Below the pieces are notes generated by a model. That model searched no databases and was not told the origin of the DNA. It saw only the letters and a program-made list of their open reading frames with translations. From positions 1,760,001 through 1,824,000 of the forward strand of contig CAWJCS010000005.1 of NCBI GenBank assembly GCA_963841435.1: DNA of 64,000 nt, given 5' to 3'. Shown here piece by piece: positions 58,371-64,000 of the stretch. The translations under genes and the position numbers were made by a program. The stretch is from an uncultured delta proteobacterium (lineage in GTDB: Bacteria; Myxococcota_A; Polyangia; Polyangiales; Polyangiaceae). The stretch's first letter is position 1. The number at the start of each line of letters is the position of its first letter.

Positions 58371-59207
58371 CTAGACGAGCCCCCGGGTCCAAGCCAAAAG
58401 CTCGGTGCTGCCGGCTTCGAGCGGCAGACCCTGCGGCGCGCGAACGAGCTGCCAGCGCGTGGTCCAGACGGAGCTCTCTCCGGGCTCGAGCGCGATGTAC
58501 GGGCCCTGCTGCTCGACCTCGACGAACAGCCCCGTGTGGTCAACGTAAATTTCGACCTCCGCTTCCGTCGGCGCCTGCTTCTCGCGCGGCACATCGGGAA
58601 ACGTCTTCAAGAACAGGAGGTCGCCGTCGAGATGGGCGAGCCAGCCCTCGGCGCCATCCGCGAAGGACTTCGCGTTCGCCGTCATGGTCGCCGGGTCGTG
58701 GCGGAGCCAGGCGACGCCGCCCAGAGGCTCGATGACGAGCGTCGACCCGGCGAGCTTCGGCCCCGCGTTCGGGTGAAAGGTAAGCCCGCCGGGTCGCACG
58801 CGCGAGTTTTGCCACGCAGCGACGCTCCGCCGCGCCCTCCCGTGGTTCGTCAGCGTGTACTCGAAGCACACGCCGCGCGGCGCGGGTCGCACGCGCTGCG
58901 TCGCCGAAAGCCCGAGCGCCGCTTCGATCTCACTTTCGAGCACGAGCGCATCGCCGTCGAGCCGGGCTTGCCAGGGTCGCGACTCGAACGCCGCGGGGGG
59001 CGGCCAGTCCCAGTCGCGTTGCGGGCTCGGCCAGAACGACGAGCCGTAGGCCGGGCACCCCGGGGCACGCTCGACGAGCACGTTGTGTCCGTCGAGCGCG
59101 AGCTCGACCGGTCGTCCGCCGTCACCCGGGTCGATGGCGAACGAGAGCCCCGCTGTCTCGTGGCGATAGCGGTCCCCCACGAGCTCGAAGGAAGGGCTCT
59201 TCACCAT
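58371..59207 (-). CDS. DUF4380 / galactose-mutarotase-like protein
   Basis: GGRPVE, YGSSFWPSPQ.DW.WPPP, EVEIY, VEVEQQGPY. Confidence 0.65.
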   Translation of the reverse strand: MVKSPSFELVGDRYRHETAGLSFAIDPGDGGRPVELALDGHNVLVERAPGCPAYGSSFWPSPQRDWDWPPPAAFESRPWQARLDGDALVLESEIEAALGLSATQRVRPAPRGVCFEYTLTNHGRARRSVAAWQNSRVRPGGLTFHPNAGPKLAGSTLVIEPLGGVAWLRHDPATMTANAKSFADGAEGWLAHLDGDLLFLKTFPDVPREKQAPTEAEVEIYVDHTGLFVEVEQQGPYIALEPGESSVWTTRWQLVRAPQGLPLEAGSTELLAWTRGLV

Positions 59208-59374
59208 TCGACCACGACACCATAGCCGGGTGGACCGTGAAAACCCAAGTGCCACGGCCCACGTTCGGAGCACTCACGGCCGCGTCCGCCGTGCGCTGCC
59301 GCTCTGCTTTCACGGCCAACTCGCCCAGCGCCGGGCGCTCGAAGATGGCGCGGCGGCTCGGGTCCGCGAGCGCC

Positions 59375-59830
59375 TCACGCCTCGCTGGCGCGCCGGAGCC
59401 TCCAGCCGCCGCCGCACTGCCGCTCACGGAACGCTTCGCGGTACTCGCTCCGCGCGTCCGTTCGCAAGAGCTCGCACGGGTCGAACCAATGCTTCGTCGT
59501 GGCGCGCGCGAGGATGGGGCCGAGCGTGCCCGAAAACTCGGGGTTCTCCGGGCAGCGCAGGTGCCAGAGCGCGGAGGCTGCGGGGACGTCGGCGAAACAC
59601 GAGACTTCCTTCACGCCACCGTTGCAGTTCGTGGCGACGACGAGAATGGGCCCTGGCAAACCCTCGCTCGGTGCTCGTACGCGGATCACGACGTCGTGAT
59701 GAAATTCCCCTTGCTGAAAGTGGTCGACGAGCTCGTAGCCGCCAAAGCGCTCGCGCACTCGCTCGAGCAACGCTCCCAGCACCAGCGTGTCGGCGAGCTC
59801 GCGAACCTCCCGATCACCGTGCCCGAGCAT
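59375..59830 (-). CDS. Hypothetical protein
   Basis: Globular ORF with QGEFHHDVV, ATNCNGGVKE and HWFDPCELL; start uncertain. Confidence 0.65.
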   Translation of the reverse strand: MLGHGDREVRELADTLVLGALLERVRERFGGYELVDHFQQGEFHHDVVIRVRAPSEGLPGPILVVATNCNGGVKEVSCFADVPAASALWHLRCPENPEFSGTLGPILARATTKHWFDPCELLRTDARSEYREAFRERQCGGGWRLRRASEA

Positions 59831-59873
59831 GCTGCGAAGCATAGCAGACCCGGATGCACCTCGAGCCGGTGGC

Positions 59874-61109
59874 TCATCGCGCGTCGGGAATCGACAGCCG
59901 GCGCTCGAGCAGCTCGCGAACGTGCTCCGTGGGCGCTGTCGCGAGGGCGCGTTCGCGGTAGTCCGCGGCGCGCTCGTCGTTGCCGGCGCGGCGGTGAAGG
60001 TCAGCGAGCACGGAAGCCCAGAGGTAGCTCCCCGAAAGCCACGTCGGCGGCTCCAGGCCCGTCAGCAGCTCGAGCCCGGCATGCGGCCCGCGTGCCTCCG
60101 CGGTCGCGACGGCCCGATTCAGCGTGTGGAGCGGCGAGGGATCGATGCGCTCCAGCATGGCGTAGAGGCCCGCGATCTCGTCCCAGCGCGTCGCGGCAAA
60201 CGAGGGAGCCAGGCAATGCTCCGCGGCAATGGCCGCCTCCACGTGATAGCGCCCGGGCGCCTCGCCCCCGGCCGAGCGTGCGAGCCACTGGATGCCCTCG
60301 GCAATCCGCTCGGAGTCCCACAGGCTCCGGTCCTGCTCTTCCAGGAGCAAGAGGCCGCCCGCGGCGTCGTGCCGAGACGACAGGCGCGCGTCATGCAGGT
60401 GCATCAGCGCGAGCAGCGCACACGTCTCGGGTGCAGCGCCCACGGGGTGGGACGCGAGCAGCGTGCCGAGCCGGATGGCCTCGTCGCACAGCTCGCGGCG
60501 GACGGCCTGCTCGGCACGCGCGGACAGGTAGCCCTCGTTGAACAGCGTGTAGATCACCGCATGCACACCGGGGAGTCGCGACCGCGACTGGTCGAGGGGC
60601 GGCGTGTCCGTTTCCAGTGCGCTCTCACGAAGTCGCTCCCGCGCGCGTGCGAGCCGCTTGTGAACGTTGGCTTCGCTCGTGAAGAGCCGGAGCGCGATCT
60701 CCGCCGTGCTGAACCCGCACAAGGTCTTCAGTGCGATGACGAGCTGCGATTCTCGCGGAATGCGCGCGTCGCAGCACACGAACAGCATTCGCAAGAGCTC
60801 GTCCTTCACTTCGGGGCCGAGCGCCGGCTCCTCGGCAGCCAGGGGTGGCGGCGCCGGCTCGTGCTCACGCTCGAGAAGGCGCGCGCGCCCCTGGGCCTTT
60901 CGGAGCGTGCCGATCAGCTGGTTGTGCGCGACGCGATAGAGCCAGGCCGAAGGCTCGGGCGGCACGCCCTTTTCGGCCCAGGCCATGAGCGCCGCGAGCA
61001 GGGCTGCCTGCACCGCGTCCTCGACCTCCTCCAAACGCTCGAAGCCCACCCGGCGCACCAGGACGGCGACGAGCTCACCGTACCGGTGACGGAAGAAGTG
61101 CTCCACCAA
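59874..61109 (-). CDS. ECF sigma factor with C-terminal extension (ECF42-like)
   Basis: EDAVQ.ALL.A..W, WLYRVA.N, LRMLFVCC, GFSTAEIA, IYTLFNEGY, LEEQDRSLWD; DGPF neighbour. Start uncertain. Confidence 0.88.
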   Translation of the reverse strand: MVEHFFRHRYGELVAVLVRRVGFERLEEVEDAVQAALLAALMAWAEKGVPPEPSAWLYRVAHNQLIGTLRKAQGRARLLEREHEPAPPPLAAEEPALGPEVKDELLRMLFVCCDARIPRESQLVIALKTLCGFSTAEIALRLFTSEANVHKRLARARERLRESALETDTPPLDQSRSRLPGVHAVIYTLFNEGYLSARAEQAVRRELCDEAIRLGTLLASHPVGAAPETCALLALMHLHDARLSSRHDAAGGLLLLEEQDRSLWDSERIAEGIQWLARSAGGEAPGRYHVEAAIAAEHCLAPSFAATRWDEIAGLYAMLERIDPSPLHTLNRAVATAEARGPHAGLELLTGLEPPTWLSGSYLWASVLADLHRRAGNDERAADYRERALATAPTEHVRELLERRLSIPDAR

Positions 61110-61156
61110 CCCGGGCGGTGACGCCGGGCGGTCTGCGCCGGGTGGGCTGCCCTCGG

Positions 61157-61498
61157 TCAGCCGCTCACCATCTCGCGAATTTCGATGGACGTGCCGGGCG
61201 ACTGGGTGCCCGGACAGGCGGCCGCGACCTCGGCGGCCCGTTCGTAACTCGGCGCCGACAGGATCATGAAGCCGCCCACGACCTCCTTGGCTTCCACGAA
61301 AGGTCCGTCCGCCACGCCGGCGGGCGTGAGCACGCGCCCGTCGGGCTTCAGCTTGGCCCCGAGGTCGAGGATCTCGGCCCTGAACGTCTCCATCCAGCTC
61401 TTGAACGACCCATACATCGCCTGCATCTCTTCTGGAGACGGCGCCTTTCCCTGGCCGGGCGTGCTTCGCAGCAACACCAAAAACTTCCGATTCGACAT
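61157..61498 (-). CDS. YciI family DGPF protein
   Basis: DGPFVEAKEVVGGF, IEIRE; AGGAGG RBS. Confidence 0.92.
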   Translation of the reverse strand: MSNRKFLVLLRSTPGQGKAPSPEEMQAMYGSFKSWMETFRAEILDLGAKLKPDGRVLTPAGVADGPFVEAKEVVGGFMILSAPSYERAAEVAAACPGTQSPGTSIEIREMVSG

Positions 61499-61544
61499 CG
61501 ATACCTCCTGATTGACGAGCGAGCATGGTGCGTCGCTCCCTCCC

Positions 61545-61571
61545 AACGCGCCAGCACTCCCCGACTGGACA
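61545..61571 (-). promoter_or_regulatory. Candidate ECF-type promoter of the DGPF-ECF operon
   Basis: TGTCCA-N17-CGTT on the minus strand, ~50 bp upstream of the DGPF start. Confidence 0.3.
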
Positions 61572-61667
61572 CACTTTCCACACTTTTCAGCGGACCCCGC
61601 CCCGCCGCGGGCGCTCGCGGACGACGAGAGGACGGTTGTCGCACAGGAGCGCGAGCGCCGCGACTCG

Positions 61668-62468
61668 TCAGGTGGCGGTGCCGCGCGCTGCCAGGGCCCG
61701 GGCTCGGAGCTCGATGGGTTGACCCTCGGGGGGCCTGAGTCGACGTTCGAGACGCGTTCTCAGAAGCTCGCGCTGTGCCGGCTCGAGCGAGGCGACGTAG
61801 CTCGGCGCCGGTCCGCTCCGCCCCAGGAACGGCTTCCAATAGTCGTCGAAGCTCGCAAACGTGGTCGGTATGTCGAGGGTCGTCGCCTGCACGTCCGCCA
61901 ATCCCGCCGAGCGAAATCGAGCCTCCATGGTGGCCGCGTCCCAACTCCGAAAGCGCTGCCCTTCGTCGAGCGAGGCGGCATCGGCGCTCAGCGAAACGGC
62001 CTCCTCCCAGAAGTATTTCAGGAGCTCCATCCCGCCGCCGTAGTCCCAGACGTACGCGGCGACGGTGCCGCCGGCGCGGGTGCGAGCCCGCATCACGCCG
62101 AGCGTGTCCGACGGATCCGCCACGAAGTTCAACACCAGCCCCGAGACGACGGCATCGAACCCCCCGGGACGGCTCGGGAGAGCGTTCGCTCCGCTGATGA
62201 CCTCGAACTCGGATGCTGGCGGCAGCGACTTCCGCGCGTGCTCGATGAAAGCCGCCGACGTGTCGCAGGCGACCACCGAAGCTGGTCGGCGATGGTCGAA
62301 GAGGGTCGCCGTGAGCGCGCCCGTCCCGCATCCGACCTCGAGCCAATGCCCTCCCTCTTTCAGGCCCAACCAGTCGAGAAATTGCCCGGCGATGAGGCGG
62401 CTCCATCGCCCCATGTAGGCGTCGTACGCGTCACCAGCCGCCCAACCGTCACCGGACGTTTCCGTCAT
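61668..62468 (-). CDS. Class I SAM-dependent methyltransferase
   Basis: YDAYMGRWS, LEVGCGTG, FDAVVSGLVLNFV, YVWDY. Confidence 0.9.
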   Translation of the reverse strand: MTETSGDGWAAGDAYDAYMGRWSRLIAGQFLDWLGLKEGGHWLEVGCGTGALTATLFDHRRPASVVACDTSAAFIEHARKSLPPASEFEVISGANALPSRPGGFDAVVSGLVLNFVADPSDTLGVMRARTRAGGTVAAYVWDYGGGMELLKYFWEEAVSLSADAASLDEGQRFRSWDAATMEARFRSAGLADVQATTLDIPTTFASFDDYWKPFLGRSGPAPSYVASLEPAQRELLRTRLERRLRPPEGQPIELRARALAARGTAT

Positions 62469-62482
62469 CGCGCCCTTCTCGC

Positions 62483-62929
62483 TCACGCGTAGGCACCGAG
62501 GACCGGCTGCTGGGCTTTGAACTCGGCCGGCGCGTCTCGAGCCCAGGGATAGCGGCCTGCGCGGTCCGGCCAGACGCACTGCAGCGCTTCGAACTCATCG
62601 CCCTGATAGAACCAACAGGCGTAGCCGAGGAAATCCCGGTACGCGGCCCTGGGGAACGGGAGCAGCCTGCACGAATGACCTTCGAGGAGCTCGCTCGCGA
62701 CGGCGCCCTGCTCGTAGCGACGCCCCGCCTTGATGGCGTCGCCCGCGAGATTCAGGACCGAATGCATCACGTCGAGTGGAAGCCCGAACATGATGAGCTC
62801 GGGGTGCCCAAAGCGTCGTGAAAGGCCGATGGTGAACGCAAACGCGGGCCCGATCGAGTCCCCCACCACTTTGACGACGTGCCAGCCGAACACTTCGAAG
62901 TCATGCAGGATCTTCTCGTCGGGGGTCAT
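62483..62929 (-). CDS. DUF4262 domain protein
   Basis: GWHVVKV, FAFTIGL..FGHPELIMFGL, LQCVWPD..GRYPW. Confidence 0.85.
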   Translation of the reverse strand: MTPDEKILHDFEVFGWHVVKVVGDSIGPAFAFTIGLSRRFGHPELIMFGLPLDVMHSVLNLAGDAIKAGRRYEQGAVASELLEGHSCRLLPFPRAAYRDFLGYACWFYQGDEFEALQCVWPDRAGRYPWARDAPAEFKAQQPVLGAYA

Positions 62930-63014
62930 GGCCGCGCGAGCAACGTACCGGCGTTCAAGCGGGGGCGCCAGAGGCTCCGCCCTCAGAGCGCGCAGCAGCC
63001 ATGACATAGGAGCC

Positions 63015-63665
63015 TCAGGAGCACGTCAGCTTCGTGCAGTCGAGCTCGTCCTCGCCGCCGGGGCAGTCCCTGGTGCCGTCGCAGGCTCGGCTCGCCGGGA
63101 CGCTCATGGCGTTGCCGCAGTCGACCATGGCGCCCGTGCAGTCGAGCTCGTCCTCCCCGTCCGCGCAATCCAGCACGCCGTCGCATTGCCAGCCCGCCGG
63201 AATGTTCAGGCCGCTATCGCAGGTGAAAGTCCCTTCCGGGCAGTCCTCGTCCTCGCCACCCGGGCAGTCCGCGAAGCCATCGCACTGAAAGCTCGCCGGG
63301 ATGCGCGAGCCGTCGCCACACACGAACTCGGGGGGCGGGAGCGCGGCCTGACAGTCGTCGAGGCACTGCGCGAAATCGTTGAAGCTAGCCGCGCAATACA
63401 TCGCTTCGATCTCGGCACAGCTCGCCTTCGCGACGCAATCCGTCGCACACGGCAAGATCGCGTCGTCGTCTTCGCAACCCGCAAACCGAGTGCCGGTGAC
63501 GACCCCGCAATCGGTCAGCATCCGCACGAACCGCGCACAGGTGATCTCTCCGTTGTCAACACCGCCGTCGCTCGAGGCCTCCGGATCTCCAGGCGCGCCG
63601 GCGGAACAGGCGACGACGAGCGCCGCGCCGATCCCCGAGATCGTCCAGGCGAGTCTCGTTCGCAT
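63015..63665 (-). CDS. Cys-rich lipoprotein with three LDL-receptor class A-like repeats
   Basis: Lipobox VVAC; C.{11}CDG..DC..GEDE.{1,2}C three times. Confidence 0.85.
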   Translation of the reverse strand: MRTRLAWTISGIGAALVVACSAGAPGDPEASSDGGVDNGEITCARFVRMLTDCGVVTGTRFAGCEDDDAILPCATDCVAKASCAEIEAMYCAASFNDFAQCLDDCQAALPPPEFVCGDGSRIPASFQCDGFADCPGGEDEDCPEGTFTCDSGLNIPAGWQCDGVLDCADGEDELDCTGAMVDCGNAMSVPASRACDGTRDCPGGEDELDCTKLTCS

Positions 63666-63690
63666 GGCAGTTTCCTGTAAGCCGGCCCGC

Positions 63691-64000
63691 CTACGGGCTT
63701 TGAATGGACGCCGTCGGGTACGCAACGTAGCCCGCCCCGGGATCGTCCACGCTGCTCGTTTCGAAGCTCCAGCTGCCGCCGGGTGGAAGGTCCATACTCG
63801 CGGTGCTCGTCGCCATGCCGAGCGGTCGTCCGACTCGATTCACCGGGAAGATCGAGACCGTCGGGCTGCTCGCGGTGACGTCGAGGCCGTTCGTCAGCGT
63901 TCCGGTGTACGTGGTCGCGGGGCCGCTCGTGACGGCTTTCACGTTCGTCACCTCGAGGCCCTGGATCGGAACGATGCCGTCCACGACGAAGGCCGGGAAT
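63691..64000 (-). CDS. Hypothetical protein, 3' part only (Ig-like, FxLYD-like)
   Basis: YTGTLTN, IFPVNRVGRPLG, LPPGGSWSFE; frame appears open to the window edge. Confidence 0.55.
   Translation of the reverse strand, partial: FPAFVVDGIVPIQGLEVTNVKAVTSGPATTYTGTLTNGLDVTASSPTVSIFPVNRVGRPLGMATSTASMDLPPGGSWSFETSSVDDPGAGYVAYPTASIQSP

Noticed and set aside
58369-59374. FMN riboswitch upstream of ribH
   Set aside because: ribH directly follows another CDS and no RFN consensus was recognisable upstream.

Overview
GC-rich bacterial chromosomal window. The Gly/Ser-linker lipoproteins, DUF4388 regulator and Cys-rich proteins suggest Myxococcota (Polyangiaceae-like), which is an inference. About 52 genes are called by eye from motifs; no database search was run. 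Main blocks: (1) LOG/GST genes and a di-haem cytochrome c with an unknown partner; (2) a RAYT-type HUH transposase, a HIT gene and a 21-bp tandem array; (3) a ~30-kb region combining an MMPL/RND exporter, tandem paralogous lipoproteins, two arylsulfotransferase-like + CxxC-lipoprotein pairs, a TatT-containing TRAP (TPAT) system with a FadL-like channel, an OleA-like condensing enzyme with DUF1302-like and LolA-like partners, a PAPS sulfotransferase and cysD/cysNC/cysH; (4) a NeuB/HAD/SDR/class-III aminotransferase/cytidylyltransferase ulosonic-acid cluster with a transketolase; (5) a stripped-down chemosensory cluster; (6) patatin, GH26, a permuted DHH protein, a HEAT protein, ribH, ECF42/DGPF and an LDLa-repeat lipoprotein. 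The best candidate for an undescribed system is block 3, a putative pathway for making, sulfating and trafficking a lipid across the envelope. Four frameshifts and several D>N changes fall at GTCGA sites, which suggests a DNA-methylation-linked sequencing or mutation signature rather than true pseudogenes. No rRNA, tRNA or CRISPR array was recognised.
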